Below, in pieces: positions 17,991 to 27,461 of a stretch of DNA of 64,000 bases. The DNA lies in contig DASXFY010000018.1 of NCBI GenBank assembly GCA_036489335.1, positions 337 to 64,336 of the forward strand, given 5' to 3'. The DNA is from Steroidobacteraceae bacterium. GTDB lineage: Bacteria; Pseudomonadota; Gammaproteobacteria; Steroidobacterales; Steroidobacteraceae. A model generated the notes under the pieces. It was not told the origin of the DNA and ran no database searches. It saw only the letters and a program-made list of their open reading frames with translations. Positions within the stretch are counted from its first letter, which is position 1. Each line of letters opens with the position of its first letter. Position numbers and translations under genes: made by a program.

Positions 17991-18012
17991 AACGCGGCAC
18001 AGAAGAGCTTCC

Positions 18013-19180
18013 ATGACCTCCCGTAAGGGCTCGATCGAGCCTGCCTCTGGCCGGCCAGTCGCACGTGGGCTGCCCGCGTGGGTGTACTCACATCCCGAGC
18101 TGACGCGACTGGAGATCGAACGAATCCTCCGTCCGAGCTGGCAGATAGCGGGTCATGTCAGCCAGATTCCGGTTTCCGGCAATTACCTGACATTCGAGCT
18201 TGGCTCGGACAGCGTGGTCGTGCTGCGGGATACCGCCGGCGGGATACGCGCCTTTCGCAACGTGTGTCGGCACCGGGGTACGCGACTGCTGGAAGGGACC
18301 GGCCGATGTCCGGGGCGCATCACCTGTCCTTATCACGGATGGACGTATCGTTACGACGGCTCGCTCCTCGCGACGCCGGCGAAGGACAGTTTCCCCGAAA
18401 TGAATCCTCAGGAGCACGGCCTCGAGCCGGTACGAGTGGAGGTGACGCTTGGATTCGTCTGGGTTTGTCTTGCCGGCAGCCCGGATCCACCGTCACGGCT
18501 GTGGCTGCCCATCCAGGACGAATTGACGCCTTACAGGTTGGAGGAGTTGGTGCCGACACAGCCCCCGTACCTGGATGTGTGGAACGTCAACTGGAAGATC
18601 GCGATGGATAACTATCTCGAGTCCTACCATGTCCCCGGTGGGACATCCGGGTCTCAACCGGCTGTTCACGCTGGACTACGAGGATCAACGGGGTGTCCCC
18701 GGCATTGCCCGCGGTTTCAGCTGGATGCGTGAGGCCGCCTCATCCCGATGGAGCGAGCGGATTTATCAGAAGTACGTGGGTGCCGTGACTGCGCCCCATT
18801 TGCCCGAACCGAATCGAACGTCCTGGCGGTTCTATAGTTTCTTGCCCAATATCGGCATCGACATACTGCCGGAGCAGGTGAATTTCTTCCAGATTCTCCC
18901 TTTGGGTCACGACCGTACGGTGATTCGCGGCGCCGCGTTCGGAGTTCGCGATGATAGACGCGAAATGCGCGTGGTCCGCTGGCTCGGCAATCGCATCAAT
19001 ATGCAGGTGAACAAAGAAGACAAGTTTCTGTGCGAGCGGCTGCAACGCGGAATCGCAGACAGCGGTTACAAGCCGGGACCTCTTTCGGCAATCGAACATT
19101 GGATGCTCGAGTTTCACGATCTGCTGCGAGCCCGCATTCCCGAAACCCGCCTGCCGAGTTCTCCGGCGCGCTTCCAATGA
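18013..19180 (+). pseudogene. Rieske [2Fe-2S] aromatic-ring-hydroxylating oxygenase alpha subunit, frameshifted at a C-run
   Basis: Rieske motif CRHRGTRL...CPYHGW. Frame 1 ends NYLESYHVP(GGTSGS...). Frame 2 continues (SP)VGHPGLNRLF... to 19180. Removing one C from GTCCCC (18631-18636) restores NYLESYHVPVGHPGLNRLF. Confidence 0.85.
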
Positions 19181-19365
19181 GTGTGTTTGCGGAGCTCCCC
19201 GCACTTGGCTTGGACGAATAGGTGATTGCTGCTATCTTCCAGCCGTCACTTGCTTTGACCAGTTGCCAGGACCCGCTTGGAGCCTTCGCGTGAGCAGGAC
19301 CTTCCGAGCCCTGCCCGAGAGGCGTCTTGGAGAAAGTCTGTAAGGTTCAACCGGCGATATAGACC

Positions 19366-20586
19366 ATGACGCCTCGATCAGTCGCACCGATATGGTTGAT
19401 GGGCCTGACCAACTCGGTGTTCGGCATGTATGGCGGAATCGTCGCGATTTCCATGCCCCAGTTGCTGAGCATGCGTCACGTTCCTGAGACGACCATTGCA
19501 GCCATGTCGGCGATCACAATCTCCCCAGGATTCTGGGCTTTTCTGGTGAGCCCGGTGCTCGACGTGCATTTCAGCAGGCGCTGGTATTCGGTGGCGAGCG
19601 CAGCGATGGCTGCCGTGTTGCTGGTTGCGGCACTGCTCAGTCTCGATCATCTCGCGCTGGTGACGGGTCTGCTGGTCGCGGGCTTCTTCTCGGCGAACCT
19701 CTATCAAAGCGCGCTTGGCGGCTGGCTCTCCAGCATTACCAGCCCGGAACAGGAAAACAAGCTCAGCTCGTGGGTCACGATCGGCAACCTTGGGGCTGGG
19801 GGTGCCATGGCGGTGGCCACAGGTGAGTTGATAAGGAACGTATCGCCGGGGATTGCGGCACTCGTGCTTGGTGGACTAATCCTGCTTCCAACAGCCGTAT
19901 TTCCCTTCATGCCGGCGCCCGGGCCGGATCGACGGCTCGCGGCTGAGAGCTTCGGTCGGTTCTTTGTCGATGTCTTGAGTCTTTTGAAGCATCGAGAAGT
20001 GTTGATTGCCATTGTGCTTTTCATCGCTCCGGCAGGGGCGTTCTCGTTGACCAACTTTCTCGGTGGCATCGGCAATGATTTTCACGCTTCTCCCCATTTT
20101 GTCTCCCTCATAGGGGGTGGCGGGGTCGTCTTGGGTGCGACCGCGGGATGTCTCTTCTTTCGACTCATCGATCGTCTGTTGCCGCTTCGATTCCTGTTTT
20201 TGGCCGTCGGCGTCGCGGGGTCGTTGTTCACCTTCCTGCTCATACTGCTGCCGCGTACGCCTGAGGTCTTCGCGCTCGCTTTCATCGGCGAGAACGCATT
20301 TCAGGGACTGGCGATCACCGTATCCATAGCGATCATCTTTGAAGCCATCGGCCGTCGTAACCCACTCGCGGCCACCATTTTTTGCTTCTTGATCTCGTCT
20401 TACAATGTTCCCATCACATACATGCTGATCGTCGACGGATGGGGATATGGGAAGCGGGGTGTTGCCGGTAGCTTTGCTGCGGATGCGTCGTTGGGTGGTG
20501 TTGCTAGCGTCCTATTGGGAGCGCTGCTGATCTGGATCGCTCGACGTGGTCCAACGGCGCCCACTGGAAACTACCATGCCGCTTGA
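19366..20586 (+). CDS. MFS transporter (AmpG/PAT-like topology)
   Basis: 406 aa, about 12 hydrophobic segments, with a basic loop motif VLDVHFSRRWY after TM2. Confidence 0.8.
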   Translation: MTPRSVAPIWLMGLTNSVFGMYGGIVAISMPQLLSMRHVPETTIAAMSAITISPGFWAFLVSPVLDVHFSRRWYSVASAAMAAVLLVAALLSLDHLALVTGLLVAGFFSANLYQSALGGWLSSITSPEQENKLSSWVTIGNLGAGGAMAVATGELIRNVSPGIAALVLGGLILLPTAVFPFMPAPGPDRRLAAESFGRFFVDVLSLLKHREVLIAIVLFIAPAGAFSLTNFLGGIGNDFHASPHFVSLIGGGGVVLGATAGCLFFRLIDRLLPLRFLFLAVGVAGSLFTFLLILLPRTPEVFALAFIGENAFQGLAITVSIAIIFEAIGRRNPLAATIFCFLISSYNVPITYMLIVDGWGYGKRGVAGSFAADASLGGVASVLLGALLIWIARRGPTAPTGNYHAA

Positions 20587-20765
20587 CGAAGGTGCTGTTG
20601 CCGCCATGAAACCGGCCAATGTGGCCGGCACTGCAGATCATCGGATAGCTCCTGCGGAAATTGGTAAAGGGCAGCGCGCAATGTCACCGGTATGGAACCG
20701 TGGCGCTAATTGAGATGTCACCAGTCCTCAGGTAACTTTTCTCGCATGCCGCGCGAGGAACGACT

Positions 20766-20882
20766 ATGAGACTGCTGCTGACGATCGTTGCATGGGGTGC
20801 GATTTCCTTCCTGTTCAGCTGGCTTTGGGGCACCGCGATTTCACGCGGTGACAGCCCCGCGGATGCGAGTTCCACGAGCTGA
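20766..20882 (+). CDS. Possible 38-aa small membrane protein
   Basis: Below the track cutoff. Hand translation: MRLLLTIVAWGAISFLFSWLWGTAISRGDSPADASSTS. GAGGAA lies 7 nt upstream of the ATG. No other support. Confidence 0.3.
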   Translation: MRLLLTIVAWGAISFLFSWLWGTAISRGDSPADASSTS

Positions 20883-20886
20883 CCGA

Positions 20887-21708
20887 CTAATGCTTGGCCG
20901 AGGATGAGGCCAATAGCCTCGCATGGAGTACTTCCGTATCGTCGTCGGCGGGGTACATGCATTCGACCCTGAGTTCCTGGGCGGCGATGGTTTGCGGAGT
21001 CCCGACAGTGGTGATCAGCGAGAAATAATTCATCGTTGCCCCATCCTTGACGAAGCTGACAGGGATCATCGGCAGGTCACGAGGCATTTCGACCGCCTTC
21101 CAATCCGACTGGACTCCCGGATACTCGAGCAGTTCCGCAAGCAGTTCCTCGGTTTTGTGGTCGATGACATGGCCCACCGCCTCCCGCCGAATGCGCTGCA
21201 GTAAGCTCGTCGCCAGGGATTCCCAGTTGGCGACGAACGGCCGCATCGCCTGAGGATCAAACAGCAGGTGCAGCAGATTGCGGGGAGAAGGCAGCGCCGC
21301 CAGCTCGATGAAGCAGTTGAAGAAGCGCGGTGCTGCATCGTTGGTCAGAAAGACGTTCCAATAGCGATCCATCACGATCGCCGGGTAGGGCTCGTGTTGA
21401 GCGACCATGCGCTCCAGTGCCTTCTTTATGCTCTTCATCTCATTCGAGTTCCAGGCCGCCTCCGAATACAGTGGCGCATAGCCTGCGGCCAGCAGCAGGG
21501 AGTTGCGCTCGCGCAAGGGAATCTCCAGGGCTTGCGCCAAGCCCATCAGAGTGGCCCGGGTGGGAACGCTCCGGCCGCTCTCGATGAAGCTGATCTGCCT
21601 TTGCGAGATCCCGGCATCCAGGGAGATGTCGAGCTGGCTGCGGCCGCGCGCTCCGCGCCACCGCTTGAGCAGGCCGCCGAGCTCGCTGTTCTTTGCTTGT
21701 TTGCCCAT
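20887..21708 (-). CDS. MmyB-like XRE-family transcriptional regulator
   Basis: N-terminal HTH (LLKRWRGARGRSQLDISLDAGISQRQISFIESGRSVP), then HEPYPAIVMDRYWNVFLTNDAAPRFF, typical of the MmyB-like C-terminal domain. Confidence 0.88.
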   Translation of the reverse strand: MGKQAKNSELGGLLKRWRGARGRSQLDISLDAGISQRQISFIESGRSVPTRATLMGLAQALEIPLRERNSLLLAAGYAPLYSEAAWNSNEMKSIKKALERMVAQHEPYPAIVMDRYWNVFLTNDAAPRFFNCFIELAALPSPRNLLHLLFDPQAMRPFVANWESLATSLLQRIRREAVGHVIDHKTEELLAELLEYPGVQSDWKAVEMPRDLPMIPVSFVKDGATMNYFSLITTVGTPQTIAAQELRVECMYPADDDTEVLHARLLASSSAKH

Positions 21709-21809
21709 GAAGACTCTCGCGTTGCTTCATACAGCTCCGGTGCAGCATAGCGGCACCAGCGGGTCCCAGGCGGTAAGACCGGGGACCGCTGGTCACGCCC
21801 GTCGGAACT

Positions 21810-22361
21810 CTACTGCGCGCTCCAGGATTGCTCCTGGAAGGCGCTTTCCAGAGGCGGCCGAGTGACGCTGCCGGTGTAGTTGGTGATCGTGGACGCGGCG
21901 ACCACGGCGATCACCTCCAGCAGGAGGGCCTGGTCGAAGCCGGCTTCCAGGAACCGGGATATTTCCGTCTCGTCCAACCGGCCGCGCTTCTCGATCAGGG
22001 TCCGAGCCAGCGTGGACAGTGCCGAGTGCTTCGGGTTACTCGGCGCCCGGCCTTCGCGGATCGCCTTCACATCCGCCGGGTCGACGCCTTGCTTCAGCGC
22101 CAGAAAGGTGTGGAACGCGACCGCCCAGGTGCAGGCGTTGGTCACCGCATTGGTGAGCAGGAGGACCTGTATCTCACTTTCGGAAAAACTGCCGGTGTGA
22201 ACCTTCTGGAACATGCTGACCAGGCTGCCGACGAGCACTGGGGAGGTGGACATGGCACCGGCGATGTTCGGGATCATGCCGAAGGTCCGCTGCAGCGCCT
22301 CGAGGGAGGCCTTGGACTGTGCTGGAGCGGACTCAATCGTGTGAACGAGAAAGGCTTTCAT
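21810..22361 (-). CDS. Carboxymuconolactone decarboxylase (AhpD-like) family protein
   Basis: 183 aa. Starts MKAFLVHTIESAPAQSKASLEALQRTFGMIPNIAGAMSTSPVL; overall CMD-family look. Confidence 0.8.
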   Translation of the reverse strand: MKAFLVHTIESAPAQSKASLEALQRTFGMIPNIAGAMSTSPVLVGSLVSMFQKVHTGSFSESEIQVLLLTNAVTNACTWAVAFHTFLALKQGVDPADVKAIREGRAPSNPKHSALSTLARTLIEKRGRLDETEISRFLEAGFDQALLLEVIAVVAASTITNYTGSVTRPPLESAFQEQSWSAQ

Positions 22362-22756
22362 TGCTTCGACCTCTGCAGTAGGGGGTGGTTGCGAGCGGCT
22401 GCGGAGGCAGCGTTGCTGCGCGGTCGAAATGATAATGATCGCCAGAATGCCGGCAATTACACGGGATGTAATCGGACACCCGCGCCCGAGGCGATATCCT
22501 CGTCTACCTGCTACCGCCCGCCCGATGCGCGATCCGGGGCAGTCTGATCATCGTCTGCTGGGCCATCGTGCCGTTGGAGATGATAACGATGTGCGCGTAG
22601 AAGGTCAGCAGCAGGACCCAGATGAGCAGGATTGCGAGATGGCCCAGAAAGGAAAGAGTGATTTGGTCGATACGCTCGGACCGCTCCTGTTGGAGTGCCT
22701 TGCCGAGACTCGATGGGCCATAGTGGAGGTACGCCGGGCTTATGCTCGAGTCTACG

Positions 22757-24280
22757 CTACTGCCCGGGCCTTTGTCGCCAATCGACGGCCCCGAGATCTT
22801 CCTCGCCGATGAACGTGTAGCCTATGTTCAAGGTCGTGACCCGCTGGTGCGAGTTGGGTTCGCCAACGTAACGCCCATCGCGATTCGATACACGGTACCG
22901 CACGAAGATGCCCTGCTGGCCGTAGACACGCACCGTCAGACCGACATCGAGTCGCTCTATTGTCTCGCTGCCCGTGCTTTCCGTTGCGCCGAGTCGGCTG
23001 ATGTAGTAGCCGCGTGCGGTGGTGTCGAGCGCCGCCCGCTTTGCCAGGATCAGACGCAGCTCGAGCAGAGATTCCGGTGTGACCCCGTAGTGGTAGTTTC
23101 GCTGCCCGCCGCCGAGGATGCCCGGAGGTGCAATTCCTGCACCATGTATGACCCCGCCTCCCGCGTAACCGATGCCAATCAGTGCTGTTTCCTGCAGCGC
23201 CAGGCGTTGCGACAGCCACCACTGACCTGTCGTGCCAAACGCGCCCGCGGTGCTGGAGACTCGGAAGATGTTCGGCGCAGCATAGTCATAGAGTCCATAC
23301 AAACCCCAGACCCCGCGGTAATTCCTCCCGCTTGCGTAATCGTTGCCGTAGAGCAGGCCGCGGCTGAAGACGGACTCCACGCCGGTCGCGGTATCCAGTC
23401 CGACGTCGAGGTTGAAGTAGTCGAACGGACGATCGTAGGTGTAGTCCGCCCGCCCGGGCAGTCCATAGGCAAGCGTGAAGCCGGTGTCCGCCCTGGCGCG
23501 CTCCAGGGTCTGATTCGAGGGCGGGGCACTTGGATCCGCGTTCACATTGACGTCGGAGGTGTAGTGCGTAAACGCATTGGCGCTGACCTCCGTGGCGGTG
23601 AATACGGCCGGATGATTGCTCGGGAAGATCGGTGTGAAGCGATCACCGAACACGAGACGATTGAAGGCCGTGGGGGGCGAGACGATGCCCACCGCCAGCT
23701 CGCGCCACCAGCGAGGCTGGTCCGCGTCCTGCTCGAGAAGAAGGCTCGCGATCCGAAACAACGGTTCACCGAGAAAATTGCCGCCGATGCCGGTGACGAT
23801 CTGGTCGTTGATGGAGGGCGCGGTGTTCTCGCCGGCCTCCTCCCACAGCAGGCTGCCCGCGAACGTGTAAGCCGACGCCTGCCAGAAGTCCAATCCTGCC
23901 GAGCGAGCGAGGCCCTGATAGATCGATCCCGAATAGGGGTGCAGGAATTGGTTGGTCGAGAACTTGTCGTTGTCGACAACCCAACTGCGATGCAGATTGG
24001 CTCTGAAGTTATCGATGGGGGAGGGGTACGTCGCCGCGCCCTCCAGATAGTGGTCGGTGCGATTCAGGAGCAGCTCGTAAGTGGGGATTTCGAGTGCGGG
24101 AATGAGGAAGCTGCGCGACTCGTCACTTCCCCTTGCGTTCGCGCTTGCCTGCTGAGGTGAAGCCGGGACGTCCTCGGAGGCGGCGTCGAGCGGCGGCTGT
24201 GCGGCGAAAGTCCTGGTTGCAAAAGGCAGGACGACCGCAGCGAGGATTGCCAGCGCAAATGAGTTGAGGCAGAGATTCAT
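22757..24280 (-). CDS. DUF3943-type exported/outer-membrane protein
   Basis: Signal peptide. The N-terminal region WVVDNDKFSTNQFLHPYSGSIYQGLARSAGLDFWQASAYTFAGSLLWEEAGENTAPSINDQIVTGIGGNFLGEP matches my memory of the DUF3943 signature. The C-terminal half is beta-rich. Confidence 0.7.
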   Translation of the reverse strand: MNLCLNSFALAILAAVVLPFATRTFAAQPPLDAASEDVPASPQQASANARGSDESRSFLIPALEIPTYELLLNRTDHYLEGAATYPSPIDNFRANLHRSWVVDNDKFSTNQFLHPYSGSIYQGLARSAGLDFWQASAYTFAGSLLWEEAGENTAPSINDQIVTGIGGNFLGEPLFRIASLLLEQDADQPRWWRELAVGIVSPPTAFNRLVFGDRFTPIFPSNHPAVFTATEVSANAFTHYTSDVNVNADPSAPPSNQTLERARADTGFTLAYGLPGRADYTYDRPFDYFNLDVGLDTATGVESVFSRGLLYGNDYASGRNYRGVWGLYGLYDYAAPNIFRVSSTAGAFGTTGQWWLSQRLALQETALIGIGYAGGGVIHGAGIAPPGILGGGQRNYHYGVTPESLLELRLILAKRAALDTTARGYYISRLGATESTGSETIERLDVGLTVRVYGQQGIFVRYRVSNRDGRYVGEPNSHQRVTTLNIGYTFIGEEDLGAVDWRQRPGQ

Positions 24281-24736
24281 TGATTCGACTCATTCTCCAT
24301 GCCGGCACGGACGCTCGTGAGGGGAGGGTTGTCGTGCAAGGGCGACAGGTCGGCTCACACGTCCGCGCGCCGGTGGTGCTGAGACGGCAACCGGCATGCC
24401 CGGGGAGCGGTGCGGAGTGAAAGAAGTATGTCGGGAAGTGGCCGGCGAGCGGAGGGCCTGCTGATGTGCTTCGAAGGCCCGGCCCGTGACAGAACGCGCA
24501 CGGCGTTGCGCGGCGTCATTGCCCTTCACCAGGGCAGCGCCTCGTGCTATCGACCCAACTGGTTCGTACGCCGTTATACAGCCCAGAGCGCAGCGGCACT
24601 TGGCCGCGCCGACGGCATGCTTGGTTGCTGCGCAGCGGCAGCTCCGGGCGCGACCGCGCTGGCCCAGAGAGCAATGCTTGTGGCGATGAAAACCCCGACG
24701 ACCCACGGCGTCCGGGCAACACAATGTTTACGGGAT

Positions 24737-24769
24737 GATCCCGCACTCAGTCCCATCGAGTGCGGGATC
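24737..24769 (-). terminator. Perfect 12-bp stem / 9-nt loop hairpin downstream of the RRM gene
   Basis: GATCCCGCACTC-agtcccatc-GAGTGCGGGATC, 64 nt past the stop at 24833. Only a weak U-rich tail follows on the minus strand. Confidence 0.45.
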
Positions 24770-24832
24770 ACCGGTTCCAGGAGCCGTTGTCGGCTGCCAG
24801 CCCTGATGGGAGCGGCGCCGATTGGGGGAACG

Positions 24833-25132
24833 TCAGTAGCGGCGCGAGCCGCCGCCGCCATGGCGGTTGCCGCCGCCACCGCCGGACCGTTCGCGATCCT
24901 GCGCCTCGTTCACCTTTAAGGAGCGGCCGTCGAAGTCGACGCCGTTCAGCGCCTGCGTCGCCCGAGAGGCGTCTGCATTCGACATCTCAACGAAACCGAA
25001 GCCGCGCGGGCGACCCGTCTCGCGGTCAGTGATCAAGGAGACTTTCTCGACCGTGCCATGCTTGGAAAACAGGACGCGCACAGCCTCTTCGGTGGCCGTG
25101 AAGGGGAGATTTCCAACGTATAATTTCGTCAC
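24833..25132 (-). CDS. RRM-type RNA-binding protein with Gly-rich tail
   Basis: (V)TKLYVGNLPF (RNP-2) and RGFGFVEM (RNP-1), with a C-terminal GGGGGNRHGGGGSRRY tail. I chose the GTG start at 25132; the track ORF extends to 25192. Confidence 0.88.
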   Translation of the reverse strand: MTKLYVGNLPFTATEEAVRVLFSKHGTVEKVSLITDRETGRPRGFGFVEMSNADASRATQALNGVDFDGRSLKVNEAQDRERSGGGGGNRHGGGGSRRY

Positions 25133-25298
25133 TTCAGAATACCCGTGCAAGAGAGAGATATGGAGCGACGAATCTTGATCGGGTAACGGCACTTGCGCAA
25201 GCCGTACGGTTGCGCTTGGGGGCTCCAGGGCAGGGACGGAGATTACAAGCCCAATGATTTCAGTAAGTTACTGAAACGGCTGCCGGCGGCGATTACGC

Positions 25299-27248
25299 TC
25301 ACCGAGCCGGGGCCGGAGTCACCGTATAGCGGAATTGCGCTTCGCCGCAGGTGATGACATCACCGTGCTCCAGCCGGGCACAACGGACGCGACGCTGATT
25401 GACGAGCACGCCGTTCGTGCTGCTCAGGTCCTGTACGAATGCAGTTCGGAAGGCGGGAATCAGCACGGCATGATGACGGCTGACCGACCGCATCGCGAGC
25501 GGAAGGTCGTTGTCACGATCGCGGCCGATCGTGGTCCGCCCACGCAGCACCACGCTGTGGTTCTGGCCGCCGTCGATGCGTGTCAGGATGCTCACCTGAG
25601 GCTGAGCCGACGCGCTTCCGGATGCGGTCAGGGTACGGCCTAGATCGTCGATGCTCGTTTGCACCCGCCCGAGGGCATACGCGTTCATTGAGGCCATCTG
25701 CGTGGCTCGTTGCAGCTCAGCGTCGCGCTCCGCCAGCAACGTATCCAGCTGTCCAACGGTGGAGCGCAGCTCCGAGTTCATCGACTCGAGGCGGATGAGG
25801 CGCGCATCGCCATCCGCCAATGCCTTCGTCAGTGTGCCGACGCGCTCCTCGAAGGCGCGGCGCTCCGCTTCCGGTGTCGCCAGTCGGACGGTCAGCTCTT
25901 CGACCTGGCCACGCAACTTCGCTACGAGTGTGACTTGCTCGGTAAGACTCGCGCTCATGGTGCTCGCCGCAGCATCCCGTTCCTCGAGCTGACGACTCTG
26001 ATCGGAGAACATGGTCTGGCTCTTCAGCAGCGCCGCCGTCAGGTCTGCGAGCAGCGCACGGTTGCGCTCGATCTCGAGCCGCGCGCCGCTCAGATCCGTC
26101 TGGCTCGTGGCAATCTCCGACTCGAGCCCGCGCAATCGCGCCGCGGCGGCTCCGCTTGCAAGGGCTTCGGTCTCCGCACGCTGCTGCGCTGCTGCGAGCG
26201 TCGCCTCCAGCGCAAGGAGTTGTACGGAGGTGCCGGCACGCTGGGAAGTCAATTCGGCGAGCCGCGCTTCCAGCGCGCCGCGCCTGCGCTCGTCTTCACC
26301 GCGCTCGGCGACGCGCTGGGTGATTTCCGTGTCATGTAAGTGTTGCGCCCGGTCACGCTCCCGGACGGCATTCTCGAGCCGCTGATCGCGCGATTGCAGG
26401 TCGGCACCGAGTTCACTGGCTCGTGCCTCCAGCTCGGCGGTCCGGGCCCGCGCAGTTGCGAGCTCTGCATCCAGCTCCTGCAGAGTGCTCTCGTAGATCG
26501 CACGATACGATTCGCGGTTGTGCAGGCTTTCGACGCAGTTCGCCAGCTGAACCTGCAGAGGCTCGATCTCCGCCGCGAGACGCTCCCGGGCGCGGGTCTC
26601 CTGTTGCAAGCGTTGCGTCAGGCCGGCATGAGTTTGGTTCTGCGCCTCGAGGGTCTGTTGTGTCTTGAGCTCGCGCGCTGCGCTGTCGCGAAGGCGGGCT
26701 TCGAGCTCGGCAAGCCGATGCGCCTCTCCCTGTCGCGCGCCGGCCAGCTCCTGCACGAGTCTGGCGGCCTCGGACCGCGACGCATCCAGCTCAGCGGCGT
26801 GAAGCTGTGCCGCCGCCTGCTCGCTGGCCAGCTTGTCCGCAAGGGTTCGCTCGAGCTGACTCAGGGCATCGAGATTCGCTCTCGTATCGGCGAGCTCGCG
26901 ACTCAGGGCGTCGGCGCGCGCTACAGCGGTTGCGCGTTCACGTTGTGTAAAACTCAGCGTTTCGTGTTGGGCTCGCAGCTCCTCGGTCTTCTGCACGATC
27001 CAGTGCTCGACGGCAGACATGACGTCCGAGTCGACTGCGGGCGGCGCAGTGTCGCGTGAACGAGGGTCGGGAGCAGAAGGTCCGGCTGCCGGGGGATCCG
27101 ATTCCTCGTCGCCAGCCCGGGTGCCCGATCGTTCCGCAGGTTCCCGGGAAAGCACTTCCGCCTCGTACGCGGCGGTGTCCAGAACAGGAAATTCGTCTGT
27201 TGCGTCGAGGTCGACCGACGGTCGAGCCGGCGTATTCGCGGTTTTCAT
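25299..27248 (-). CDS. Long coiled-coil protein with C-terminal FHA domain
   Basis: ATG at 27248 (MKTANTPARP...). Acidic N-terminus, about 450 aa of Ala/Glu/Arg/Leu-rich coiled coil, then an FHA signature: VVLRGRTTIGRDRDNDLPLAMRSVSRHHAVL...STNGVLVNQRRV. Confidence 0.85.
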   Translation of the reverse strand: MKTANTPARPSVDLDATDEFPVLDTAAYEAEVLSREPAERSGTRAGDEESDPPAAGPSAPDPRSRDTAPPAVDSDVMSAVEHWIVQKTEELRAQHETLSFTQRERATAVARADALSRELADTRANLDALSQLERTLADKLASEQAAAQLHAAELDASRSEAARLVQELAGARQGEAHRLAELEARLRDSAARELKTQQTLEAQNQTHAGLTQRLQQETRARERLAAEIEPLQVQLANCVESLHNRESYRAIYESTLQELDAELATARARTAELEARASELGADLQSRDQRLENAVRERDRAQHLHDTEITQRVAERGEDERRRGALEARLAELTSQRAGTSVQLLALEATLAAAQQRAETEALASGAAAARLRGLESEIATSQTDLSGARLEIERNRALLADLTAALLKSQTMFSDQSRQLEERDAAASTMSASLTEQVTLVAKLRGQVEELTVRLATPEAERRAFEERVGTLTKALADGDARLIRLESMNSELRSTVGQLDTLLAERDAELQRATQMASMNAYALGRVQTSIDDLGRTLTASGSASAQPQVSILTRIDGGQNHSVVLRGRTTIGRDRDNDLPLAMRSVSRHHAVLIPAFRTAFVQDLSSTNGVLVNQRRVRCARLEHGDVITCGEAQFRYTVTPAPAR

Positions 27249-27461
27249 ATTCTTCTTCTTCAGTGTGCCGCAAGCCCCTTCGCCGTTCATTTAACCGCAA
27301 TTTGGCTCGAAACGCACGGCCGCCTGAGCTGCAGCTGGCCTGCCGGTTCTGGGCTAACAGAACTTCAATATTTTCAATTAGTTACCAATATGGCTGGCGC
27401 TTCCGCCGTGTTAGAGTCTGGTGCTGTGCGGAGCGCTCATCTGTCGAAACGGGGAAACGCC

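Noticed and set aside
20684-20962. 92-aa minus-strand ORF overlapping the 3' end of the MmyB regulator gene.
   Set aside because: It overlaps a well-supported gene in another frame and has an Arg-rich, implausible N-terminus (MHVPRRRRYGSTPCE).
21757-21793. Imperfect inverted repeat CCAGCGGGTCCC...GGGGACCGCTGG between the CMD and MmyB genes, as a possible terminator.
   Set aside because: There are two mismatches in a 12-bp stem, a 13-nt loop and no U-tract. Too weak to call.
22504-22790. Minus-strand frame with a membrane-like tail (...LGHLAILLIWVLLLTFYAHIVIISNGTMAQQTMIRLPRIAHRAGGSR) in the 395-bp gap between the DUF3943 and CMD genes.
   Set aside because: There is no ATG, GTG or TTG start upstream of the hydrophobic segment, and its upstream part overlaps the DUF3943 C-terminus in another frame. 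It may be a gene remnant, but that is unsupported.
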